Virus record (IMG/VR): IMGVR_UViG_3300008108_004834
Span: 1 to 64,000 of that record
Length of the DNA stretch: 64,000 bases
Direction: 5' to 3' (one strand)
DNA from: a virus
Part shown: positions 6,798 through 17,181 of the stretch, one piece after another
How the letters are laid out: each line of letters starts with the position of its first letter
Position numbering within the stretch: the first letter of the stretch is position 1
Notes under the pieces: model-generated
Seen by the model: only the letters and a program-made list of their open reading frames with translations
Databases searched by the model: none
What the model was told of the DNA's origin: nothing
Made by a program: the position numbers and the translations under genes

Positions 6798-7575
6798 TTC
6801 TCTTGGCCAACTTGGCAGACTTGGAAATCAAATGTTTCAGTTTGCTGCCTTAAAAGGTATTGCAAGAAATCTTGGATTTGAATATTGTTTTCCTGCATCA
6901 AAAAATAAAAATGAATGGACAGATCACCAACTTTTTGTCCCATTTAAACTTGCATCTACCACTCCACTAAATGTACAGTTTATTGATATTAATAGACCTA
7001 CAGTTATGGAAGGAACCTTCTCATTTGATGAGAATCTTTTTAATAACTGTCCTGATTGGGTATCTATCCAAGGATACTTTCAGACAGAAAAATATTTCAA
7101 ACACATTCGTAATGAGTTACTAAAAGACTTTGAATTTATTGATGAGATTTTAAATCCATGCAAAGAGATGATATCTCAATTGGACACCTCTCCAATCTCA
7201 CTTCATATTCGCAGAACCGATTATCTAACAGATCCAAATCACGTTACTCTTGAATTAGATTATTATGAAAAAGCATTGGCATATTTTGGCAATGAACAAG
7301 TTCTTATATTTTCTGATGATCCTAATTGGTGCAAGAAACAAAAGTTATTTTCTGACGATAGGTTTATGATTGCAGAAGGAAACACAAATTATGTTGATTT
7401 ATGTCTAATGACACTATGCTCTGGGCATATTATTGCAAATTCTTCATTCTCTTGGTGGGGTGCTTGGTTAGCAGAAAGCAATAAAGTTATTGCTCCATCT
7501 GGGTGGTTTGTTGGTTCCAATAATGAATGCCTAGATACTAAAGATCTTATTCCCGAAACTTGGATGATAATTTAA
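6784..7575 (+). CDS. alpha-1,2-fucosyltransferase (GT11)
   Basis: GRLGNQMFQ, HIRRTDY, FSDD, IIANSSFSWWGAWL. Confidence 0.92.
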   Translation: MIGFNSLGQLGRLGNQMFQFAALKGIARNLGFEYCFPASKNKNEWTDHQLFVPFKLASTTPLNVQFIDINRPTVMEGTFSFDENLFNNCPDWVSIQGYFQTEKYFKHIRNELLKDFEFIDEILNPCKEMISQLDTSPISLHIRRTDYLTDPNHVTLELDYYEKALAYFGNEQVLIFSDDPNWCKKQKLFSDDRFMIAEGNTNYVDLCLMTLCSGHIIANSSFSWWGAWLAESNKVIAPSGWFVGSNNECLDTKDLIPETWMII

Positions 7576-8291
7576 TGAAGGTTGCGATTTGTTTTATTGG
7601 AACTTCGAAGTATTTGAATTTCCTTCCAAAGTATTATGAGAATATTCAAAAATATTTTCTTCCCGACAGCAAGAAAACCTTCCTGGTTTTTACTGATGGT
7701 GAAGGAGACTTTCCAGAAGATGTTAAAGTTTATCCACAAGAACATTTTGAATGGCCTTACATAACCCTAAAAAGATTTGAAATCATTCAAAAAGCAAAAG
7801 AAGAAATACAAAAAAATGATTGGTTTGTTTTTATTGATGCCGATGCACTGGTAGTTGACACTATTACTGAAGAAGAATTTTTTGATGACACTAAAGATTA
7901 TTTTGGAGTTCATCATCCGTGCCATTTTCTGGAAATGCCCCCGCACAATAAATTTCCTGGAGCATTTGAGACTAATCCACTGTCACTGTCTTGTATAAGT
8001 GAAAATGATGATATGTCTGTCTATTATCAGGGATGTTTGTGGGGAGGTAAAGTTCCTGAAATTTTTGAAATGATTGAAGAACTTGGAGATAGAGTAAATA
8101 AAGATCTTGATAATAATGTGATCGCAATTTGGCATGATGAAAGTCATATCAACAAGTTTCTTATTGAAAATAAGTTTAGAGTCCATACATTAGGCCCTGA
8201 ATATGCATATCCAGAAGTTTTCGAAACTTATTGCACATTTAAACCAAAAATAGTTCACCTTTCAAAAAATAATTCGAGATATCACATATGA
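7575..8291 (+). CDS. GT6 glycosyltransferase (ABO/alpha-1,3-Gal(NAc) transferase family)
   Basis: ICFIGTSKY, WPYITLKRF, FIDAD, YYQGCLWGG, WHDESHINK. Confidence 0.9.
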   Translation: MKVAICFIGTSKYLNFLPKYYENIQKYFLPDSKKTFLVFTDGEGDFPEDVKVYPQEHFEWPYITLKRFEIIQKAKEEIQKNDWFVFIDADALVVDTITEEEFFDDTKDYFGVHHPCHFLEMPPHNKFPGAFETNPLSLSCISENDDMSVYYQGCLWGGKVPEIFEMIEELGDRVNKDLDNNVIAIWHDESHINKFLIENKFRVHTLGPEYAYPEVFETYCTFKPKIVHLSKNNSRYHI

Positions 8292-8968
8292 TTCCTTTAT
8301 TATCAGTTACAACAACAAATCAATTAGAAGCATTTGATAACTTTGTAAAATCAATTAATTATCCAGTTAAAACCGTTTCCGTGCTTTGTAATTCCTATTC
8401 ATTTGAGTATTTTCTCCAAATTAAAGAATATTGTCAAAGTGATTTTGTTGATGAGTTCATGTTATCCTACTGTCCATACAATATGGGTTGTTCCAGCAGT
8501 TGGAATTATCATATGAAGATGAATCCAGAATCTCCGTATTGGATTTTTGCTGGCGATGATATTACCTTTTCCGAAGATGATTTGGAAAATATAAATGAGG
8601 CATCTAAGGTGTGTGACGTGGTATTTTCGTCAATGCCCGCAAAATATTCGTTTTTTTCCTTAAGTAAAAAATGCGTAAATACTGTGGGATTTTTTGACGA
8701 AAATATTCACCCAGTAAATTTTGAAGATGATGATTATGATAGAAGAATTGGAGTACATAACTTTAAAGTTGGAATCTTTGAATTTAGTGGTTGGCATTTT
8801 GGATCGGGCACAACACACAACTTATCCCAAAGTGATAGGGATAAGTTTAAAATTTATTATCAAATGAATGAAAGATATTTTCAAAATAAAATTTCTAAAG
8901 GAGATTATACTCAGGGAATTTTTGATTTTGAAGAAAGGAGTAAAAAATTAATCAGGATTAAATCATGA
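8288..8968 (+). CDS. GT2-like glycosyltransferase
   Basis: SSSWN, GDDI, VGFFDENIHPVNFEDDDY. Confidence 0.7.
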   Translation: MIPLLSVTTTNQLEAFDNFVKSINYPVKTVSVLCNSYSFEYFLQIKEYCQSDFVDEFMLSYCPYNMGCSSSWNYHMKMNPESPYWIFAGDDITFSEDDLENINEASKVCDVVFSSMPAKYSFFSLSKKCVNTVGFFDENIHPVNFEDDDYDRRIGVHNFKVGIFEFSGWHFGSGTTHNLSQSDRDKFKIYYQMNERYFQNKISKGDYTQGIFDFEERSKKLIRIKS

Positions 8969-9978
8969 AACAAATACTACACATTTCTCATCACATTGGA
9001 TGTTTTAGAGATCAAGAATATATTTTAAATAAACTTGGATTTGAAGTTACTAATCACAAATTTTACGACAACGTATTTCAAATCACCGAAGAAGTTGCCA
9101 ATGATTTTTGGAAAAATCATAAAGACCAGTTGAATGATTTTGATTATATTTTGACATCAGATACTGCCCCCCTATCAAGAATTTTTCTTGAGAATCAGGA
9201 AGAATTTAACGGAAAACTTGTGATTTGGGTGTGTAATAGATTTGATTATCGGATGGAATCTGAAACAAAATTTTATGAATTGTTTAGTAAAGCGGAACAG
9301 AATTCTAATATTAAAATAGTACCTTACAGTCATTTTGAAAAGGTATGGTGTACACAAAAAGGAACAAACCTAATGAGTCACCAACACATCAAACCGTGCG
9401 GAATTAATTTAAATAAAAATGAGGGTAATATACCAGAGGCCGCATACTTCAAAGAAATGTATGGCGAAGATTGTCAATTACCTGATGCCGATGTAATTGT
9501 TCCGATTTATCATAATGATAACAACTTTTTTGGAATGAGTGATTTTCTAAAACAAAAGGGAATAGGAGTTTATAATGGTGCATTTAGGACAATAGACCAA
9601 TTAAAAAAATATAAAGCATTTGTTCATCTTCCGGATGCGTTCTCAAAATTTCTTTGTTTTGAATTGATACACTCACATATCCCGGCAATTCTGCCATCAA
9701 AAAATTTTCTCTACGAATTATCAAAAAAACCAAATTATTTTTTCAATATTTGGGGATCCGGTGGTGCAAATCTTTTGGAAAAAGAATGGATATCTTGGTG
9801 TGAATGGTATGACCCCGAACTTACTAAATGTAGATTTTACTACGATTCTTTTGATGAAATTCCGTTGATTATTAATTCTATTGATAAAGAATCAATGCAT
9901 GATGAGTTTGAAAGGTGTTCTAAATATCTGGAGAACGATACTTTTTATAAATGGAAAGCTTTTTATGATAACTTTTGA
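8965..9978 (+). CDS. hypothetical, probable GT-B glycosyltransferase
   Basis: context; YKAFVHLP-like C-terminal motif. Confidence 0.5.
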   Translation: MKQILHISHHIGCFRDQEYILNKLGFEVTNHKFYDNVFQITEEVANDFWKNHKDQLNDFDYILTSDTAPLSRIFLENQEEFNGKLVIWVCNRFDYRMESETKFYELFSKAEQNSNIKIVPYSHFEKVWCTQKGTNLMSHQHIKPCGINLNKNEGNIPEAAYFKEMYGEDCQLPDADVIVPIYHNDNNFFGMSDFLKQKGIGVYNGAFRTIDQLKKYKAFVHLPDAFSKFLCFELIHSHIPAILPSKNFLYELSKKPNYFFNIWGSGGANLLEKEWISWCEWYDPELTKCRFYYDSFDEIPLIINSIDKESMHDEFERCSKYLENDTFYKWKAFYDNF

Positions 9979-10546
9979 TAAAGATTTTTTTGAACAAGAA
10001 TATACAAATGCCCTCAATACTCCATCTCACATAAATGAACATTTACCAATCCTTAGAGAATTGGCAAACAAATGCGATCATGTAACAGAAATGGGAGTTC
10101 ATGAGGGAATTAGTACTAGAGCATTTTTATGCGAAGACGTAGTTCTTAGGTGCTATGACCTCATTCATTATCCACAAATAACGAATTTGATCAATATTGC
10201 CAAAGAATCTGGAAAGGATATTGAGTATGTTAAGGATGATGTTTTAAATATTTCCATAGAAGAAACAGATTTGCTTTTTATAGATACTTGGCATGTATAT
10301 GAGCATTTAAAAGAGGAACTGAAACTTCATTCCTCCAAAGTGAAAAAATACTTAGTATTCCATGATACTCAGACGTTTGGTACAAGTGGGCACGATACAA
10401 GTATGACTTCTTACTATGGAGGAAAAGTTGGAACTTTAGGATTACTTCCTGCTATAATTGAATTTGTTATTGATCATCCAGAATGGAAATTTAAAATACA
10501 TAAAACAAATAATAACGGATTAACGGTATTAGAGAAAACAAAATGA
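9965..10546 (+). CDS. class I SAM methyltransferase (Methyltransf_24-like)
   Basis: EMGVHEGIST, DLLFIDTWH, VFHDT. Confidence 0.8.
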   Translation: MITFDKDFFEQEYTNALNTPSHINEHLPILRELANKCDHVTEMGVHEGISTRAFLCEDVVLRCYDLIHYPQITNLINIAKESGKDIEYVKDDVLNISIEETDLLFIDTWHVYEHLKEELKLHSSKVKKYLVFHDTQTFGTSGHDTSMTSYYGGKVGTLGLLPAIIEFVIDHPEWKFKIHKTNNNGLTVLEKTK

Positions 10547-11103
10547 AAAAAACTCTAGCACAAATTCTTGAAGAAAATGATTGGAATGGACCACATGGAA
10601 CAGATAAGAATACTGACCATGATTATATCAATGCATTCTATGATATTGAATTTAAAAAATACCGCGATAAAAAAATTAATATCTTAGAAATTGGAAGTTG
10701 TAGAGGAACTTCAATTCATTTGTGGCAAACTTATTTTCCCAAGGCAGAGATAATTGGTATTGATGTTTGGGATCAACTTTTAGAAAAACATTTGGGACTT
10801 GAAAGAGTTACTTATCTTGAAGGTGATGCTTATGATGTTGAAAATGCAAAAACACTTCCCGATTTTGACATCATTATAGATGATGGATCTCACCATCCTT
10901 ATCATCAAATTTCGTGTATTGAAATCTATCTTCCCAAATTAAAAGAAGGTGGAGTTCTTATAATAGAAGACGTAGCACAATTTGAAACTTTTGAAGAATT
11001 AAAAAAAGCAGTTCCTGAAGAGTATAAATTAAATGTAGAATGCTTAGATCTTCGTGAAAATAAAGGTAGATCTGATGATATGATGTTTATTATTAGGAAA
11101 TGA
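10543..11103 (+). CDS. SAM-dependent sugar O-methyltransferase-like
   Basis: TDK..H.Y, LEIG, FDIIIDDGSH, GGVLIIED. Confidence 0.85.
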   Translation: MKKTLAQILEENDWNGPHGTDKNTDHDYINAFYDIEFKKYRDKKINILEIGSCRGTSIHLWQTYFPKAEIIGIDVWDQLLEKHLGLERVTYLEGDAYDVENAKTLPDFDIIIDDGSHHPYHQISCIEIYLPKLKEGGVLIIEDVAQFETFEELKKAVPEEYKLNVECLDLRENKGRSDDMMFIIRK

Positions 11104-12098
11104 TTATGAAAATTTTTGTAACTGGATGTGCTGGATTACTAGGCGCAAATTATACTCGTCATTTGATTGATGCTGGACATGAAGTAGTAGGTATTGACGA
11201 TCTTTCTGGTGGGTACAAAGCATTTGTGCCTAAGGGAGAAAATTTTTCTTTTGTCAAATTAAATTTAGAACGAAGAAAAAAACTTGCAGATCTCTTTGAA
11301 GAGCATAAACCGGAAGTATTATTTCATTTTGCTGCGTATGCTGCGGAGGGACTTTCTCCATTCATTCGCAATTTTAATTACAGAAATAATCTTGTTTGCT
11401 CCGCAAATTTGATCAATGAATGTATTACGCATAATACTAAAATAATTTTTACCTCTAGTATGGCTGTTTATGGCGATCAGGAACCTCCATTTACTGAAAA
11501 TATAAGACCTCAACCAATTGATCCATATGGAATGGCAAAATATGCAGTAGAAGTTGATCTTGAGATGGCAAGGCAACAATTTGGACTTAGATATAGTATT
11601 ATTAGACCACACAACGTTTTGGGCATATACCAAAATATTTGGGATAGATATCGTAATGTAATTGGTATCTTTATTCGAAAAACTATCAACGGACAACCAA
11701 TACTAGTATATGGTGACGGAGAGCAAACCCGTGCTTTCTCGGACATCAAGTATTATATGCAACCGTTTGATAAACTACTTACCAATTATGATGGTGAGAT
11801 TTTTAATATTGGTGCAGACAATTACTTTACCTTAAACCAAGTTGCACAAACTGTCCAAAAAATCGGTAGGAAATATGGATATGATGTTCCAATTGAGCAT
11901 GGAGAACCCAGACATGAGGTGAAACATGCTTATTGTGATCACACAAAAGCAAAAACTATGCTAGAATTTGTAGATAAAACTAATCTTGAAGATTTAATTG
12001 AAGATATTTTTGTTTGGGCAATAAATCAACCAAATCGAAAAGTTAAGACGATGGATTATGAAGTGACCAAGGACCTGTATGATTATTGGAAAGTATGA
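11100..12098 (+). CDS. NAD-dependent epimerase/dehydratase
   Basis: TGCAGLLG, TSSMAVYG, YGMAK. Confidence 0.9.
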   Translation: MIMKIFVTGCAGLLGANYTRHLIDAGHEVVGIDDLSGGYKAFVPKGENFSFVKLNLERRKKLADLFEEHKPEVLFHFAAYAAEGLSPFIRNFNYRNNLVCSANLINECITHNTKIIFTSSMAVYGDQEPPFTENIRPQPIDPYGMAKYAVEVDLEMARQQFGLRYSIIRPHNVLGIYQNIWDRYRNVIGIFIRKTINGQPILVYGDGEQTRAFSDIKYYMQPFDKLLTNYDGEIFNIGADNYFTLNQVAQTVQKIGRKYGYDVPIEHGEPRHEVKHAYCDHTKAKTMLEFVDKTNLEDLIEDIFVWAINQPNRKVKTMDYEVTKDLYDYWKV

Positions 12099-12772
12099 CA
12101 AAAGAATTCTCAGTTTATCACCAGTGTTTTAATAATATTAAAGCAACTGAATTTGCCGTTGAAAATTTTAGGAAAAATAATCCAGATGTTTCGTATTATC
12201 TGCTTTCTGATGGTGGATTAGATTTTTCTGAAATTGCACAAAAATATAATTGCCATTTTGTAATGTCGCCAGAGAATATTGGCACCAATTATCTGGAGAA
12301 AGATAAGGCAAAGATCTATTTGAATAGGTTGCGGAATTGTTTTGAATATTCTGGAACCGAATATCTATTGACTATGGAAGACGATGTTCTTTGTAGAAAA
12401 CAACTGTTTATAGAAGGTGACTTTAATATTGCAATGTCATATGTTCCTGGAAATAAACTCCGACCACATATTTTTGAGAAATCTGTCAAAAAATATAATA
12501 TCAATCCTAATGTTGATTGGTATGGTGCTGCAGGAGGAACATTTTTAAATCGCAATATTTTTTTTGATGAAGAAAAAGTGAAATTAGTAGATCAATTTAT
12601 GGAAGAGGATTTTGAACCAACTCTTGGATCAATAGACCAATTTATTGTCATGCTTTATCTTATTTGTGGACTTGATTGTTCTGTAAGCAACGCCATTCAG
12701 CATACTCATATGTGCCCAAATTGGAGAGAAACTGACATTCCATTGATCCATAACTTCAAGGAAATATATTAA
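12095..12772 (+). CDS. putative GT-A glycosyltransferase
   Basis: LSDGG, MEDDV; context. Confidence 0.55.
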   Translation: MTKEFSVYHQCFNNIKATEFAVENFRKNNPDVSYYLLSDGGLDFSEIAQKYNCHFVMSPENIGTNYLEKDKAKIYLNRLRNCFEYSGTEYLLTMEDDVLCRKQLFIEGDFNIAMSYVPGNKLRPHIFEKSVKKYNINPNVDWYGAAGGTFLNRNIFFDEEKVKLVDQFMEEDFEPTLGSIDQFIVMLYLICGLDCSVSNAIQHTHMCPNWRETDIPLIHNFKEIY

Positions 12773-12775
12773 TTC

Positions 12776-13594
12776 ATGACAAAATTAAAAGCACTTTTTA
12801 TTGGAAATTGTCAAAATGGTGGATTGCGAAACTTCTTATCATTTAGTCAACAATTTCATAACATGTTTGATACTAAATGGTATGCGAATTGGCAATTGAT
12901 AGAAAGTCAATCTTCCATACCAATGAAAGATGTTCAAGAAGCAGATTTATTTGTATATCAACCTTTAAGACCTGAGCATGGATGCTACTCTACTGATCCA
13001 ACAGTAGAGGGTTCAATTGGATATTATGTTAAAGATGAGTGTATAAAAATAACACATCCATATGTATTTTCCTCTGCATTTTGGCCAATAGTTCAAGCTG
13101 GAAAGAATCAAAATAGGTGGTTTGGAAATGAACCGATTGATAAGTTGATTAATGGTGGGTTTAGTAAGAGTGAAGTTCTTGATTTGTTTTTTAATAATAA
13201 AATAGATTGGGAATATAAAAAAAGATTTAAACAAAGTATTGGAATTTTAAAAGGCAAGGAAAGCATAACTGATATAAAAATATCGGATTTCATTGAAGAA
13301 AATTTTAAAAATCAACTTTTATTCTTGATACCGCAACATCCAACTAGTATAATTTTTTTAAATCTAGCTAATCAAGTTCTGGAAAGATTGAATATGAAAA
13401 AATTAGACGAAAGTATAATTAAAACCATAAATGATCTTGAGATAGAAGATTCGATATATGATTCAAAATCAAAAATGTTTCCTTTACACGAATCAGTAAT
13501 AAATGATTTTGAATTGAATTTTGGAAAAGAGTATTTGCAAGATTCTAAAAATTTCTATGAACAAAGATTACTGACCTACCTGCAAAATTTTTAA
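12776..13594 (+). CDS. WcbI-family polysaccharide biosynthesis protein
   Basis: N-terminal GNCQ, DLFVYQP, LF...HPT. Confidence 0.75.
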   Translation: MTKLKALFIGNCQNGGLRNFLSFSQQFHNMFDTKWYANWQLIESQSSIPMKDVQEADLFVYQPLRPEHGCYSTDPTVEGSIGYYVKDECIKITHPYVFSSAFWPIVQAGKNQNRWFGNEPIDKLINGGFSKSEVLDLFFNNKIDWEYKKRFKQSIGILKGKESITDIKISDFIEENFKNQLLFLIPQHPTSIIFLNLANQVLERLNMKKLDESIIKTINDLEIEDSIYDSKSKMFPLHESVINDFELNFGKEYLQDSKNFYEQRLLTYLQNF

Positions 13595-13598
13595 ACAA

Positions 13599-14561
13599 AT
13601 GAAAATAATTATTTGGGGATATCCTCTTCATTCGCATACTCATTCATATATACATGCTGCCTTCTATAAAGCATTCATTCATCTTGGATATGAAACGTAT
13701 TGGTTTCACGATGGCGAATATCCAGAAAATTTTGATTGGAATGATTGTGTATTTTGGACTGAGGGATTTGCTGATAAGAATATCCCACTGAATAAGACAA
13801 GTACTTATTTTGTCCATGTTTGCCCAGATCCTGCAAGGTATATTAATGCGGGAGTGAAGAAATTCGTTGATGTTAGATATAACCATCTGTGGCATAAAGA
13901 TCATGTTTATGATTATGTCCTAGACAAGTCAAAAGTCAAAAAAGTTGGACCTTGCTGCTATTTGCAACCAAAGAAAAACCGTAGAGTTCAGGTATTGAAT
14001 GATTACAATCAATATTGGATTGAAGATTATGATAAGTTTTATGTAACCTGGGCAACTAACATTCTTCCTGAAGAATTTAATTTTGAAGATATCAATCACC
14101 CGAGAGAGAATAAAATATATTTTAGTGGAAATATTTCTGCACACGGCAGGTGCGAAAACTATAGTACATTTAAACCTTTCATTGACGAATGTGGTAAAAA
14201 TGGTGTAGAATTTATTCATAACGATCCGTTTACAAATCCGCTTAGTGAAGAGGAAGTTATTCTTCGGACAAAGAAATCCATTCTTGGGGTGGATATTCGT
14301 GGCCCAGAGCACATTCGTAATGGGTACGTTCCTTGTAGAGTATTCAAATCAATTAGTTGGGGACATCTTGGAACCACTAATTCTGAGGAAGTATATAAAG
14401 AACTTGAGGGTCATTGTAATTATGAACCAGATACTTCACGGATGTTTTATGATGCTATGGAGCATCGTTTGAATCATACTTACATAAAACAATGTATGAT
14501 GTATGTAAAAGAAAATCACACTTATGTAAATCGGATTAAGTCTATTATGAGTATTATATGA
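13599..14561 (+). CDS. putative GT-B glycosyltransferase
   Basis: GYVPCRVFKSISWG, HTYVNRI C-terminal motifs. Confidence 0.6.
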   Translation: MKIIIWGYPLHSHTHSYIHAAFYKAFIHLGYETYWFHDGEYPENFDWNDCVFWTEGFADKNIPLNKTSTYFVHVCPDPARYINAGVKKFVDVRYNHLWHKDHVYDYVLDKSKVKKVGPCCYLQPKKNRRVQVLNDYNQYWIEDYDKFYVTWATNILPEEFNFEDINHPRENKIYFSGNISAHGRCENYSTFKPFIDECGKNGVEFIHNDPFTNPLSEEEVILRTKKSILGVDIRGPEHIRNGYVPCRVFKSISWGHLGTTNSEEVYKELEGHCNYEPDTSRMFYDAMEHRLNHTYIKQCMMYVKENHTYVNRIKSIMSII

Positions 14562-15364
14562 AAGATGTAACGATTGTCTCTTCTCTCTTTAATATTAAAA
14601 GAGAAGGAATGGATGGAAGAACTTGGGAAGAATATTTAAAGTGGTTTGATATCACTCTAAAATTAAAATGTCCGATGATTCTTTTTATAACCGAGGATGT
14701 GAGGGAATTTGTTGAACAAAGGAGGTTGCATATTCCAACAGAAATAATTGTTCAATCTATTGAAGAGATACCGTATTACTATCTTAAAGATCAATTAGAC
14801 AGTATTATTGTGTCAGAAGAGTACACGAATAAAATTTTGGATCCAGAAAGAATCGAATGCAAGCATTCAATGTACTCTATTATCCAATACTCTAAATTTA
14901 AATGGTTAGAGAATGCAATTGAAGAGAATCCATTTAATAGTAAATTTTTCTTTTGGATGGATGCGGGTGCCTCTAGATTTTTTGATGGATATAATTTGTC
15001 TGAAAACTATCCGAGTACAAATGCAATAGAAGCATTAAACGAAATGGGAGATAAGTTCCTACTTCAAATGAATATGGAATATTATCAAGATCTAGTACAA
15101 GCATCCACTTTATCGGAAGAATATCTTCTTGATAATAGATCTTATGTTCTTGGGTCAATGTTTGGGGGTACATCATTCCGGTTGTTGAAAGTTGTGAAAG
15201 ATGTTGAAGATATTTTATTAAATAAAATGATTGCCAATGGATTCATTAATAATGAACAAATTGCACTTGGATACTTGGTAAAACAAAATCTTGATGATTT
15301 TGAGATATTTGAACGTTATGATGGAAAACATATGTCTTTATTTACGGAGTTGGGTAAAAGATGA
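14558..15364 (+). CDS. HtrL/YibB/WlaTC-family protein
   Basis: TIVSSLFNIKR, RTWEEYL, SKF, FFWMDAG, NNEQ. Confidence 0.75.
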   Translation: MKDVTIVSSLFNIKREGMDGRTWEEYLKWFDITLKLKCPMILFITEDVREFVEQRRLHIPTEIIVQSIEEIPYYYLKDQLDSIIVSEEYTNKILDPERIECKHSMYSIIQYSKFKWLENAIEENPFNSKFFFWMDAGASRFFDGYNLSENYPSTNAIEALNEMGDKFLLQMNMEYYQDLVQASTLSEEYLLDNRSYVLGSMFGGTSFRLLKVVKDVEDILLNKMIANGFINNEQIALGYLVKQNLDDFEIFERYDGKHMSLFTELGKR

Positions 15365-16311
15365 AAATTAGTTTAATTGGACCAGGAATCATGCCAATTC
15401 CCCCAACTGGTTGGGGAGCAGTTGAAATTCTTGTATGGGACACTAAAAATGCCATAGAAAAGTTGGGGCATGAAGTACAAATAGTAAATACCAAAGATCC
15501 TGTTCAAATCATTTCCGAAATTAATTCTTTTAGACCTGATTTTGTACACATTCATTATGATGAATTTATTGGAGTCTATCCATATATCCAATACCCAAAG
15601 GCAATTACTAGTCATTTTGGGTATCTTGAGAGACCTGAAATGTTTGGTGGATATGCAAATATCGCCAATGCTTTTGCGCAAATTAAACCAAATGTATTTT
15701 GTCTATCTGAAGGAATTAAAAATGTATATAAAGTTTTGATGAATATTCCTGAGGACAATTTATTTGTAACTCCCAATGGCGTCAATATTGATGCATTTAA
15801 TTATACTAGTACTCCGAAATTTGCTGATCGTTCAATTTACCTTGCAAAGATAGACTATAGGAAACGCCAGCATATGTTTCAGGGTATTAGCAGTCTCTGG
15901 TTTGCTGGTAATAATGCGGATAATAGATTTGACCCCTCAAAAAATTATTTGGGAGAATGGGACAAAGAAACATTACATAGAGAGTTGACCGAATATGGAA
16001 ATCTTGTTCTTTTAAGTGATGGTGAAGCACACCCATTGGTTTGTATGGAAGCATTTTCTGCGGGATTGGGTGTGGTAATTAGTCAGTGGGCAGCAGCAAA
16101 TCTTGATGCAAACAAGAATTTCATTACAGTTATACCAGAAAATAAAGTAATGGACGTAGATTTTGTTGAGGAATGCATTCAAAATAATAGAAAATATTCC
16201 GTTAACCATAGAGATGAAATATTAGACTATGCAAAACAATTTGAATGGTGTAGAATGTTAGAAAATTATTACATCCCAAATATTCATAAAATTATCAATG
16301 GACAAAAATAA
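15361..16311 (+). CDS. GT4 glycosyltransferase
   Basis: PIPPTGWGAVE, NGV, EAHPLVCMEA (E-x7-E). Confidence 0.85.
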   Translation: MKISLIGPGIMPIPPTGWGAVEILVWDTKNAIEKLGHEVQIVNTKDPVQIISEINSFRPDFVHIHYDEFIGVYPYIQYPKAITSHFGYLERPEMFGGYANIANAFAQIKPNVFCLSEGIKNVYKVLMNIPEDNLFVTPNGVNIDAFNYTSTPKFADRSIYLAKIDYRKRQHMFQGISSLWFAGNNADNRFDPSKNYLGEWDKETLHRELTEYGNLVLLSDGEAHPLVCMEAFSAGLGVVISQWAAANLDANKNFITVIPENKVMDVDFVEECIQNNRKYSVNHRDEILDYAKQFEWCRMLENYYIPNIHKIINGQK

Positions 16312-17089
16312 ATCAACATACAAACTTAAAAATTTTGGTCCAATATATTATCTGAATCTAGATGGGCAACCAGAAAGAAAGGAATATATGGAATCTCAGT
16401 TTAAATATTGGGAGATTGAAAATTATACTCGTATTTCTGCTTATGATGGCCGTGATGATGACTTGAGTGATATTATAAAGGGAAAGTATCCAGATATGAT
16501 GAGTTCTGGAGAAATAGGATGCGTCACCTCACATTTAAGGGCAATTAATCATTGGTATGAAACCTCCGATAGTCCGTATGCAATCATAATGGAAGATGAT
16601 TGTAATATTGATCTTGCTAGATATTGGAATTTTACCTGGCAAGATTTTATTGCACGGGCACCTTATGCTTGGGATGTAATTCAACTTGCAATTATTTGTA
16701 CGGGAGATATTCACGTTCCAATTCATACTAGATTTGTAAATGATTTTTCAACTGCTTGTTATGTGATTACACGGCATCATGCAGAGAAGTTGATTAGAAA
16801 TCATATTCGCGGAGATAAGTATAAGTTGGATAATGGAGTTAAACCACGCCCAGTTGCTGATGATTTAATTTATAACTCAGGAGTGACGTATGCCACTCCA
16901 TTATTGCTTTATAAGATGGAATTGGGATCTTCTATTCACCCTGAGCACATTGATATTTTCCATAAGAATAGTCACGATGCATTGCTCAATTTCTGGTCTC
17001 AGAGAGGAGCAGAGTTGACAATTGAGCAGATTACAAACTATGATCCTTATCTGGGTAGGATATCCGAACCAACTACCCAACAGACTTGA
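16298..17089 (+). CDS. GT25 glycosyltransferase
   Basis: YYLNLD..PER, GEIGC..SH, IMEDD. Confidence 0.85.
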   Translation: MDKNKSTYKLKNFGPIYYLNLDGQPERKEYMESQFKYWEIENYTRISAYDGRDDDLSDIIKGKYPDMMSSGEIGCVTSHLRAINHWYETSDSPYAIIMEDDCNIDLARYWNFTWQDFIARAPYAWDVIQLAIICTGDIHVPIHTRFVNDFSTACYVITRHHAEKLIRNHIRGDKYKLDNGVKPRPVADDLIYNSGVTYATPLLLYKMELGSSIHPEHIDIFHKNSHDALLNFWSQRGAELTIEQITNYDPYLGRISEPTTQQT

Positions 17090-17181
17090 CAGAAATCAAG
17101 TAATCAACTATACTAAATAAGTTCTTGAAGTCCTGTAGGATTTCTTAACAATTGTCGTTTAGATCTAAAACAAACAAAACT

